A stretch of 49,755 bases of DNA from Candidatus Chisholmbacteria bacterium (GTDB lineage Bacteria > Patescibacteriota > Microgenomatia > UBA1400 > JACOWY01), in NCBI GenBank assembly GCA_016176555.1, contig JACOWY010000002.1, positions 1-49,755 of the forward strand, in the 5' to 3' direction. The notes under the pieces were generated by a model. That model was not told where the DNA came from and ran no database searches. It saw only the letters and a list, made by a program, of their open reading frames with translations. Position numbers and translations under genes: made by a program. Positions 26,156-33,436 of this stretch are shown in pieces; positions within the stretch are counted from its first letter, which is position 1, and each line of letters opens with the position of its first letter.

Positions 26156-27370
26156 CTACTGTATACCTTGGAGGCTCGAAACGAGGCTGTAGACTGGCGC
26201 GATGACTGACAGCACCATGCCGCCGACACCAATGCCAATGATGAGCATAATTACGGGCTCTAAGATGGCCGTAAAATTTTTAATTTCGCTCTCTAGTTCT
26301 TGTTCATAAAAGTCGGCGACCTCAAAAAGAATCTTATCGAGACTACCGGTTTTTTCTCCGGTCGAGATCATGCTGATGAGCATTTGGGGAATGTGCTCAG
26401 AATGACGGCGGAAGATGCTGGCCATTGATTCGCCTTTTTTAATATCCTCGGTTAAGGCAAGGGTGAGGGGCTTAAATTTTTTTTGGGTTAAGGTGTTGGT
26501 CGCCACGGTGAGGGATTCGGTAATCGGCACGCCACTTTGCATCAGGGTCGCCAGCGTTCGGGCGAAGCGGGCGATGTCAAGTTTCTCAAAAAGATTTTTG
26601 ACTCCGGGCACTTGTTTGACGAGGCTCAGCAATACTTCTTTGCCTTTATTGGTGCGTGAAGCTATAACAACGCTTACCACTACTAAACCGAAGGCCGCGC
26701 CAATAAACGGTAAATTTCGATTAAAGTTAAGTACAAATTCAAACACTGTTTTAGTCATAGCAGGAACGGGCAAGGAAGAGTTGAGAAAAACTTTGGCTAT
26801 TTGAGGAATGACAAAGACGATTAAGACTGTGCCTACCGCAAACATGGTGGCGATGATGACGGCGGGGTAGATGAGGGCACCCTTGACTTTTTGAGACAGG
26901 TTATGACTAGCCAGGAGTTGGTCTTCAAGATATTTAAACGATTGTTGCAGCGAGCCACTTTGATCGCCAGCCCGAACAATGGTGATAAAGATCTTGCCGA
27001 AGATCCCGGGGTAGCGGGCGAAAGCATCGGAAAGTGATTCTCCTTGATTGAGGCGGTTTTGGGTATCCTGAAGCAGTTTCTTTAAGGTGGGGTTGCGGGT
27101 ATCTTTGACTATGGTATCGAGGGCTTCGGAGAGGGGTAAGCCGGCGTTGATCATTGTGCTTAGGTAACGACAGAGGTTGGCTTTGTCGATGGTTGAGACT
27201 GAGCCCCCGACGGAATTTAGGATAGTTGGGTTTTTGCGCTCGGTGAGCTTAAGAATTTGGTAGCGCTGAGAGCGAAGCAGATTGGCCGCATCGTCGAGGT
27301 TTCCGGCAGAAAGAGTTTCGGAGATAATGGTGCCTTGGGTGTCGCGAGCGGTATAGTCAAAACGAGCCAT
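26156..27370 (-). CDS. pilC: type IV pilus platform protein PilC (GspF family)
   Basis: 404 aa with the duplicated GspF domain architecture and 3 TM segments. Confidence 0.9.
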   Translation of the reverse strand: MARFDYTARDTQGTIISETLSAGNLDDAANLLRSQRYQILKLTERKNPTILNSVGGSVSTIDKANLCRYLSTMINAGLPLSEALDTIVKDTRNPTLKKLLQDTQNRLNQGESLSDAFARYPGIFGKIFITIVRAGDQSGSLQQSFKYLEDQLLASHNLSQKVKGALIYPAVIIATMFAVGTVLIVFVIPQIAKVFLNSSLPVPAMTKTVFEFVLNFNRNLPFIGAAFGLVVVSVVIASRTNKGKEVLLSLVKQVPGVKNLFEKLDIARFARTLATLMQSGVPITESLTVATNTLTQKKFKPLTLALTEDIKKGESMASIFRRHSEHIPQMLISMISTGEKTGSLDKILFEVADFYEQELESEIKNFTAILEPVIMLIIGIGVGGMVLSVIAPVYSLVSSLQGIQ

Positions 27371-27374
27371 ATGT

Positions 27375-29063
27375 CTATTCTCTGGCTACGCGGAGGACTT
27401 CCTCTAAGGTAGTGGTGCCTGAAGCAATTTTCTGAAATCCATCTTGGATTATGGTAGTCATGCCAGCTTTGATAGCAGCTTGTTGAAGCTGGTCGGCAGA
27501 CGAACGCTGGATAGTCAGGTGACGGATTTCATCATTTAGTTCTAGAACTTCATAAACCCCGACTCTGCCGGCGTAGCCTTTTTCGCCTGCGGGGAGGTTG
27601 TCTTTTGGTTTGTAATATTTTTGTTTGGTAATGTCGCTGCCAATTTCTTTCGAAATCCGCTCCAAGAGCGCCGGATCTGGGGCGTATTCGGTGAGGGCTC
27701 CCGCGGCAATTTTACGAACTAATCTTTGGGCAATGATGACGTTCACGGTAGAAGCGACGAGATACGACTCAATGCCCATATCTAATAACCTGGGGATGGC
27801 GCTGACGGCATCGTTGGTATGGAGGGTGGAAAGCACCAGGTGGCCAGTGAGGGCAGCGTGAATGGCAATTTTCGCGGTTTCTTTATCCCGAATTTCTCCC
27901 ACCATGATGATGTTGGGGTCGTGCCGCAATAGGGCCCGAAGACCTTTGGCGAAAGTCAGGCCTGTTTGGGTATTGACCTGGATTTGGTTGACACGCCTAA
28001 TGCCATACTCAATGGGGTCTTCGATGGTGCAGACTTTGACTTTGGAAGTATTTAAGATATTGAGGAGAGAGTAAAGGGTGGTGGTTTTGCCGGAGCCGGT
28101 GGGGCCGGTGACCAAGATCATGCCGTGGGGCTTTTTAACGTTTTCTTGGACTATTTTGAGGTTAGCTTGACTTAAGCCTAATTCTTCAAGGCCAAGGGGG
28201 CGGGCAGTTTCTGTCAGGAGCCTTAAGACAATGTTTTCACCGTAGAAACCGGGGATAATGGAAACCCGCAGGGCCACGAAAGAGTCGTCAATTTGAAATT
28301 TAAAGCGACCATCTTGAGGAATGCGGTGTTCGTCGATTTTTAAGGAGGCGAGAATTTTGATGCGGGCGACGATGGCGGGCTGGATGCGTTTGGGGAGGCT
28401 GATGATATCCCGCAAGATACCGTCGACCCTAAAGCGAATGAGGACGCTGTCTTCAAGGGCTTCGAGGTGAATATCTGAGGCGCGTTCGGCGTGAGCATAT
28501 TCTAAAAGCGTATTGAGAATTTTTATGACCGGCAATTCGGTGGCGGAACGCGAGATGTTTTCCGGGGAATCGGCGTCGACTTTGGCCTCTTGGACGTTCT
28601 CTTCGATGATGGGGGCAAATTCTTTTTTAATGCTTTGCTTGTATTGAGCGAGTCCAGTTTCAATGTCTTTACCAGTCGTAAAGTAAGGGACTATTTCGAG
28701 GCTAGTGTGACGATGGATCATTTCCACAGCTTCTAAATCTTGGGGGTCTTCCATGGCTAGGTGGAGTTTTGCATCTTCGATTTTCAGGGGGACGACTCGG
28801 TATTGTCGCGCTAGTTTTTCGGGCAGACTTTTGAGAGTTTCGGGGGCGAGGCTACCGGGTTTAACGGGGGCAAACGGAAAGCCAATTTTCTCGGCAACGA
28901 GTTTACCGAGGGCATCTTCGCTAATGAGGCCACGGAAAATGAGAATGTCAGCAATGGACTTGCCTTGTTCTGCGGCGGTAGTCGCCGCGTCTTGGAAATC
29001 TGACCCGCTGACAAAGCCGCCTTGGACGACGATGTCTTTAAGCGTTTGAGCAGGTACCTTCAT
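27375..29063 (-). CDS. pilB: type IV pilus assembly ATPase PilB (GspE family)
   Basis: N-terminal GSPII_E_N/MshEN-like domain, Walker A GPTGSGKTTTLYS, Asp box, Walker B IMVGEIRD and His box TGHLVLSTLHTN. Confidence 0.92.
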   Translation of the reverse strand: MKVPAQTLKDIVVQGGFVSGSDFQDAATTAAEQGKSIADILIFRGLISEDALGKLVAEKIGFPFAPVKPGSLAPETLKSLPEKLARQYRVVPLKIEDAKLHLAMEDPQDLEAVEMIHRHTSLEIVPYFTTGKDIETGLAQYKQSIKKEFAPIIEENVQEAKVDADSPENISRSATELPVIKILNTLLEYAHAERASDIHLEALEDSVLIRFRVDGILRDIISLPKRIQPAIVARIKILASLKIDEHRIPQDGRFKFQIDDSFVALRVSIIPGFYGENIVLRLLTETARPLGLEELGLSQANLKIVQENVKKPHGMILVTGPTGSGKTTTLYSLLNILNTSKVKVCTIEDPIEYGIRRVNQIQVNTQTGLTFAKGLRALLRHDPNIIMVGEIRDKETAKIAIHAALTGHLVLSTLHTNDAVSAIPRLLDMGIESYLVASTVNVIIAQRLVRKIAAGALTEYAPDPALLERISKEIGSDITKQKYYKPKDNLPAGEKGYAGRVGVYEVLELNDEIRHLTIQRSSADQLQQAAIKAGMTTIIQDGFQKIASGTTTLEEVLRVARE

Positions 29064-29123
29064 ACATTCTGAAGGGGAAAACCCTAGGTTTTCCCCTTCA
29101 GGTCTCCCCTTTCCTTAAATGGT

Positions 29124-29155
29124 ATGCTCCTGCGCGCGAAGCTTGCTCGGAGCAT
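29124..29155 (-). terminator. hairpin with conserved loop (third copy)
   Basis: The 7-bp stem ATGCTCC/GGAGCAT encloses TGCGCGCGAAGCTTGCTC, between the RR stop and the pilB start. The loop is nearly identical to those at 32988-33005 and 31983-32021. Confidence 0.5.
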
Positions 29156-29171
29156 GATTTAAAAAAGAAAT

Positions 29172-29783
29172 TTACTGTGGATTACTTTTGACTGGTTGGG
29201 CACCTAAATGCTGTTTGATTTTTTCAACCACTTGCGTGGGGGTGAGGTTAGCTTTGACTAAAAATTCTTTGGCTCCGAGTTCCATAGCTTCTTTTTGCTT
29301 GGCTATTTCAGAAAGATTGGAAAGCATGAGGATGGGGACGTCTTTGAAGCTGGGGTCATTTCGCAAGCGGCGAAGCACATCGATGCCGTCCATTTTGGGC
29401 ATCATGATATCGAGAATGATGACGTCGGGTTTTTCGGCTTTGGCCAAGGTCAAGCCGGCTTCACCGTCGGTGGCGGTGTAGACTTGAAAGCCTTCGTTAG
29501 TGAATTTAGTTTGGTACATATTGATGAGCAAAGGATCGTCTTCGACAAGCAGCAACACTTTGGTCGAGGTGCGGCCACCTGCCGCGATTGAGGGATTGGC
29601 ATGTGTGGCGGGAGGCAGGGGGGGTGAGGTGGGGACTGCCGGGGTAGGAGGTGGTGGAGGTGGAGGGGGAGGTGGAGGGGGGGGCGAAGTCGGCGTAACT
29701 TGGGGGGCAGATGGGCTCACAGGCTTTGGAGAGACTGGGGAAGAGTTTGGTGGCGGTGGATTAAGGGGGTTATGGCTAGTCAT
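29172..29783 (-). CDS. single-domain response regulator with about 75-aa Pro-rich N-terminal extension
   Basis: Receiver motifs LLVEDDPLL, ILDIMMPKMDG and a conserved Lys region. There is no output domain. By my count there is a run of 13 consecutive Pro codons. Confidence 0.85.
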   Translation of the reverse strand: MTSHNPLNPPPPNSSPVSPKPVSPSAPQVTPTSPPPPPPPPPPPPPTPAVPTSPPLPPATHANPSIAAGGRTSTKVLLLVEDDPLLINMYQTKFTNEGFQVYTATDGEAGLTLAKAEKPDVIILDIMMPKMDGIDVLRRLRNDPSFKDVPILMLSNLSEIAKQKEAMELGAKEFLVKANLTPTQVVEKIKQHLGAQPVKSNPQ

Positions 29784-29794
29784 TGGGGTTAATT

Positions 29795-31120
29795 TTAGCT
29801 TTTTCTCAGGGGCAAAGAAATAGTAAAGGTGCTGCCTTTCCCCAGTTCGGACTTGACCATAATGTCGCCGCCAAATTCGTGAATAATGATTTTAGAAAGA
29901 TAGAGGCCTAAACCTGAACCGCCACTTTTGCCGTGTTTCAATCTCGCTTGAGTGAATTTTTGAAATAAATTGGGAAGATCATATGAGGAAATACCCGGCC
30001 CAGTGTCGGTAACGTGGGTGAGGATAAGGCCGTCTTTTTCTTCGTGGCTTAAGACAATGCTGCCTTGGTCGGTAAATTTAATGGCGTTGCCGACGAGGTT
30101 GTTGATGACTTCACGCAGGCGGTCGGGATCGATCTGGAGTTGCGGCAGAGGTGAAGGGGGTTTGAGGTATTCCAGTTTGAGTTGTTTTTGCGAGGCTAGA
30201 ATTTTTAAGCTGTCGACTTCGCTTTGGATGATGTCTTCGAGGCTCACCGGGACGATATTGAAAATGAGCCGACCAGATTCGATACGGGAGATGTCGAGCA
30301 TGTGATTGACTAAGCGAATCAGCCTGTCGTTGCCCTCGTAGGCGCCTTGGAGAAACCCTATCGCTTGAGGAGTGATTTGACCCGCGTTTCCTTCCAAAAC
30401 CATGGAAAGGTAGCCTTTAATGGCGGTCATCGGCGAGCGGAGAGCATGAGCAGCGGTGGAGACAAATTCGTCTTTGAGGCGATCTAGCTCTTTGAGTTTG
30501 TCGTTAGCTACGGCTAGCTCCCCTCTCGCGCTGTCGAGACTAGAATAGAGCCTGGCATTTTCCACGGCGATGGCGACGATGTCTGAGAAACCTTCCATCA
30601 GCTCCTCTTCTTCTGCCGTAATCAGCTCTTGACCTTTGGCGACAGCGAACATTAATACGCCTAAAGTTTTGCCTTTGGCACTAATAGGCACGAGGAGGGT
30701 GGTTTGGATGCCCGAAGCTTGTTGGGCGGCGGTGGCGGAAGAGGGGGAAATCGAGGTAAAGATTTTTGACCAATCAGAAATCTTTTGCGTAGATTGAAGT
30801 CGGGTAAGGGAAAGGGGGGAATTTTCGGTATCACCGAGCGATACTTCGAGCCTCGAAAGAGGGATTTTGGTTTGGTCGATGGCTTTTTGGGCTTCCGGAG
30901 TTTGAGAGTTGGCCACAATTTCAATTTTGCCTTCTTTTTCGTTTACCAGTGCCAACATGACCAATCTGTAGCTTAAGTCCAAAAAATAGAGTTCGTTTAA
31001 GATGCTGTCGCAAATTTTTTGCACGAGCTGGCGAAAATCAAGAGTATCGAGGACTATTTTCTCGAGTCTTTGCAGGGCTTCGAGGGTGTTACGCGACTGG
31101 GCAACGGGGCTCGTGGTCAT
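29795..31120 (-). CDS. GAF-domain sensor histidine kinase (cytoplasmic)
   Basis: H-box STAAHALRSPMTAIKGY, N box NLVGNAIKFT, G boxes DTGPGIS and GSGLGLYLSK. No obvious TM helices. Confidence 0.88.
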   Translation of the reverse strand: MTTSPVAQSRNTLEALQRLEKIVLDTLDFRQLVQKICDSILNELYFLDLSYRLVMLALVNEKEGKIEIVANSQTPEAQKAIDQTKIPLSRLEVSLGDTENSPLSLTRLQSTQKISDWSKIFTSISPSSATAAQQASGIQTTLLVPISAKGKTLGVLMFAVAKGQELITAEEEELMEGFSDIVAIAVENARLYSSLDSARGELAVANDKLKELDRLKDEFVSTAAHALRSPMTAIKGYLSMVLEGNAGQITPQAIGFLQGAYEGNDRLIRLVNHMLDISRIESGRLIFNIVPVSLEDIIQSEVDSLKILASQKQLKLEYLKPPSPLPQLQIDPDRLREVINNLVGNAIKFTDQGSIVLSHEEKDGLILTHVTDTGPGISSYDLPNLFQKFTQARLKHGKSGGSGLGLYLSKIIIHEFGGDIMVKSELGKGSTFTISLPLRKS

Positions 31121-31173
31121 TCTATTCCCTACTATATCAGAGCCTGCGGGCTCAGGTAACGAGGACTCCAGGT

Positions 31174-31917
31174 TTAGAGGAGGAGGCCAAAGAGGAGAAC
31201 AAGGGTAAGGAGGGCGGTATAGATACCAAAGCGGTAAAAGTGATGGTGGAGGAGGATGTTTCTGAGAAGCTTAAGGGTTAAAAATCCAGTGATGGCAGCG
31301 GTGATAAAACCAACCCCGAGAGAACTTAGATCTGGGGGGGTAGAAATCTCGCTGAATTTCAGCAGGGTGGCGGCGGTGATGGCGGGAACTGATAAAAGAA
31401 ATGAAAAGCTAAAGGCCGTCTCAGGTTTGAGGCCTCGAAGGAGGGCGACAGCGATGGTGCTCCCCGAACGGGAAAGCCCAGGCATGATGGCAATGCCTTG
31501 AGTGGTGCCGATAATGAGGGCTGTAGATAGACTCAGGGCATTTTTCTTTGGGGAGGCTTTTTGGTTTCTTAAGTAGAGAAGCAAGATGCTGGTAAGGACA
31601 AAACCAACCATAGTAATCGGGAGCGACTGAAACAACGTTTCGGTATATGGATTTAAGAGTAAGCCGATAATGCCAGTGGGGATGGTGGCGGCTACTAGTT
31701 TTTTGATTAACGATATATTGAGATGAATAATATCTTGAGCGAAGAAGAAGATGACGGCAGCGAGAGTACCAAAGTGAACCACCACATCAAATAACACGGG
31801 CGGTTCGGTCATGCCGAAGAGGTGTTGAGCGATGACGAGGTGGCCGGAACTGGAGATGGGTAGAAACTCAGTCAATCCCTGAATTAAGCCAAGGATAAAG
31901 GCCTGTATGAGGGTCAT
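31174..31917 (-). CDS. uppP: undecaprenyl-diphosphate phosphatase
   Basis: LPISSSGHL and PGLSRSGSTI BacA motifs, with 7-8 TM segments. Confidence 0.9.
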   Translation of the reverse strand: MTLIQAFILGLIQGLTEFLPISSSGHLVIAQHLFGMTEPPVLFDVVVHFGTLAAVIFFFAQDIIHLNISLIKKLVAATIPTGIIGLLLNPYTETLFQSLPITMVGFVLTSILLLYLRNQKASPKKNALSLSTALIIGTTQGIAIMPGLSRSGSTIAVALLRGLKPETAFSFSFLLSVPAITAATLLKFSEISTPPDLSSLGVGFITAAITGFLTLKLLRNILLHHHFYRFGIYTALLTLVLLFGLLL

Positions 31918-31922
31918 AAACT

Positions 31923-32032
31923 CATGCGTACTTTTTCTTTGGAAAAGAAAAAGCTACGGCAAAAAGAAAGCTGGAGAAACTCTGCGCGCCCGCCCGCCGG
32001 CGAGGCAGGCAAAGCTTGCTCGAGTTTCTGAT
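31923..32032 (-). repeat. about 90-110-nt two-hairpin module, copy 1 (with 21-nt insertion)
   Basis: CATGCGTACTTTTTCTTTGGAAAAGAAAAAGCTACGGCAAAAAGAAAGCTG.AGAAACTCTGCGCGC[ins]AAAGCTTGCTCGAGTTTCTGAT. Apart from the insertion and 1 mismatch it matches 32928-33016. Confidence 0.9.
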
Positions 32033-32044
32033 TTGTATCTGTTT

Positions 32045-32719
32045 TTACTTTTTCCTCCCCATGTACCACTCGTCCATCATTTTGGCGACTATGTCTTTGC
32101 TGCCCAAACCAAGAGCCAGGCCAAAGCCAAGGCTTAAGGCGCCGACGACGCCAAAGAAGATGGCTTGAATAAACTCGCTGGCAATGTTTAGCTCGGCGAT
32201 GGCCGCCAGGGTGACAAACACCATGATGGTGTAGCTAGTGACTTTACCCAGCAATCGGGCCACTTTGGGATTGACGTTACTGACTGCTCCTTTGACCATG
32301 CCTTCAAGCACTCCGGCGATGATAATGCCTAAGGCAATAATGACCACCGCCGAAACAACGTTGGGGATGTAACTTAAGATATTTTTGAGAACTTCTGAGA
32401 CAGCGGTGAGGCCAAGTTGGTTTAACGTGGCGATGACAAAGATGAGCAAAATGATCCAACGAACTATTTGGCCAATTATTTTTTCTATGGTGTGGGGTAT
32501 TTCTGCCTGCTTGAGAAATTTTTCGACGCCGGTGTTTTGGAGTAATTTTTCTAATCTGATTGTTTGCAAAAACGACACGGTCAGCTTGGCTGCCCAGTTG
32601 GATAAAATGAGACCAACGAGAAAAATTACTAAGGCCCACAATAACGAGGGGACAAAATTAGCTAGCTCCTGTAACACGGAACTTCCGGCGCTAAATACAA
32701 TACTTTGTGTGCTTTCCAT
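32045..32719 (-). CDS. membrane protein with conserved TM-helix repeats (CmpX/mechanosensitive-channel-like)
   Basis: Repeated P(S/N)LLWALVIFLVGLIL-type helices. Strong SD GAAAGGGGGTGA upstream of the ATG. Confidence 0.55.
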   Translation of the reverse strand: MESTQSIVFSAGSSVLQELANFVPSLLWALVIFLVGLILSNWAAKLTVSFLQTIRLEKLLQNTGVEKFLKQAEIPHTIEKIIGQIVRWIILLIFVIATLNQLGLTAVSEVLKNILSYIPNVVSAVVIIALGIIIAGVLEGMVKGAVSNVNPKVARLLGKVTSYTIMVFVTLAAIAELNIASEFIQAIFFGVVGALSLGFGLALGLGSKDIVAKMMDEWYMGRKK

Positions 32720-32744
32720 TTACTTTTCACCCCCTTTCTAGCCA

Positions 32745-32926
32745 ATCTTACACTGTTTACCACAGTACCAGAAAGCCCCGCGTCAGACGCGGGGATGAAT
32801 GGGGGTCTTTTTGGGGCTTTCGGTACGTGGTTTCAGTCTCATATATGAATGAAGCCCCCGCCGATTTGGCGGGGGAGACTTCACTCTTAGACTGAAAAGC
32901 CCCAAGGGGTTAGCTTGGGGCTGATC
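32745..32926 (-). promoter_or_regulatory. highly structured leader / candidate cis-regulatory RNA upstream of the 32719 gene
   Basis: Four nested GC hairpins, plus mutually exclusive pairings (terminator-like 32776-32794 versus a long stem 32765-32779/32813-32826). Confidence 0.35.
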
Positions 32927-32927
32927 A

Positions 32928-33016
32928 CATGCGTACTTTTTCTTTGGAAAAGAAAAAGCTACGGCAAAAAGAAAGCTGTAGAAACTCTGCGCGCAAAGCT
33001 TGCTCGAGTTTCTGAT
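32928..33016 (-). repeat. about 90-nt two-hairpin module, copy 2
   Basis: Immediately 3' of the RNase P RNA on the minus strand. Hairpins are GTACTTTTTCTT-TGGA-AAGAAAAAGCTAC and AGAAACTC-loop-GAGTTTCT. Confidence 0.9.
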
Positions 33017-33027
33017 CTAAAGTGCGG

Positions 33028-33364
33028 GTGGTCTTTTGAGCGTGTAAGCCAGATTCTGTTTCCGGCAGTTGCCGGATTGCAGTCATTTATCTGGTGCCCT
33101 CATGCCTTAGTGTGTAGAGGGAAGCTGCTCACACTGGTCGGAGGTTGCAGCAGGGAGGATTGCCTCCCGCCAAAATAGGCGGGACCTCGATCTGATTACT
33201 CAGACGTCATCGGCGTTTCACTCCCGCCGAATAGGCGGGACTCGTCTCTGTTGCTCTGACTGGCGGTCACCCGCTCCGGCTTGCGCCGGACACCTTGCTT
33301 CCGGCTGTCTGGACTTTCCTCCCCGCCTCTGCGGCGGGGCGACTGCACCGGTTCAAAAGACCTA
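33028..33364 (-). ncRNA. rnpB: RNase P RNA, bacterial type A
   Basis: On the minus strand, GGAGGAAAGTCCAGAC (P4 5' strand) pairs with ACAGAATCTGGCTTAC (P4 3' strand), compensatory relative to E. coli CCGGG/CCCGG. GCAACAGAGA and AGATAAATGACTG blocks are present. P1 is GGTCTTTTGA/TCAAAAGACC. Confidence 0.9.
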
Positions 33365-33367
33365 CAT

Positions 33368-33396
33368 ATATTGTACACTACCTGTTACTTCGTCAA
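33368..33396 (-). promoter_or_regulatory. candidate rnpB promoter
   Basis: On the minus strand: TTGACG, 17 nt, CAATAT (or 15 nt, TACAAT). The predicted transcription start coincides with the P1 5' end near 33362. Confidence 0.45.
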
Positions 33397-33436
33397 ACGT
33401 GGGGATGCATTACTGAATACTATAGTTTTGGGTAAA

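Noticed and set aside
29983-30300. Antisense and alternative-frame ORFs lie within the histidine kinase, response regulator and pilus genes (for example 29970-30305, 29500-29823, 28753-29049).
   Set aside because: All of them overlap genes with strong catalytic motifs. The Gly-run ORF is the complement of the poly-Pro tract.
31907-32137. ORFs 31907-32137(+) and 32915-33178(+) share a peptide, CVLFLWKRKSYGKKKA.ETLRA.
   Set aside because: The shared peptide is only the translation of the duplicated two-hairpin DNA module. The second ORF also runs antisense through the RNase P RNA. They are treated as non-coding repeats.
32745-32800. CTGTTTACCA at about 32752 resembles the SRP (4.5S) RNA 5' strand. 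AGCTAACCCC on the complement resembles part of the c-di-AMP (ydaO) riboswitch.
   Set aside because: The SRP domain IV signature (GGAA tetraloop, AGCAGCC) is absent. The other conserved ydaO blocks could not be found. The short matches are not enough to support either call.
32915-33025. GGGGCTGAT at 32917 looked like a tmRNA 5' end.
   Set aside because: There is no tRNA-like T-arm or acceptor 3' end, no plausible tag reading frame ending in hydrophobic residues plus a stop, and most of the segment is a repeat duplicated at 31923-32032.
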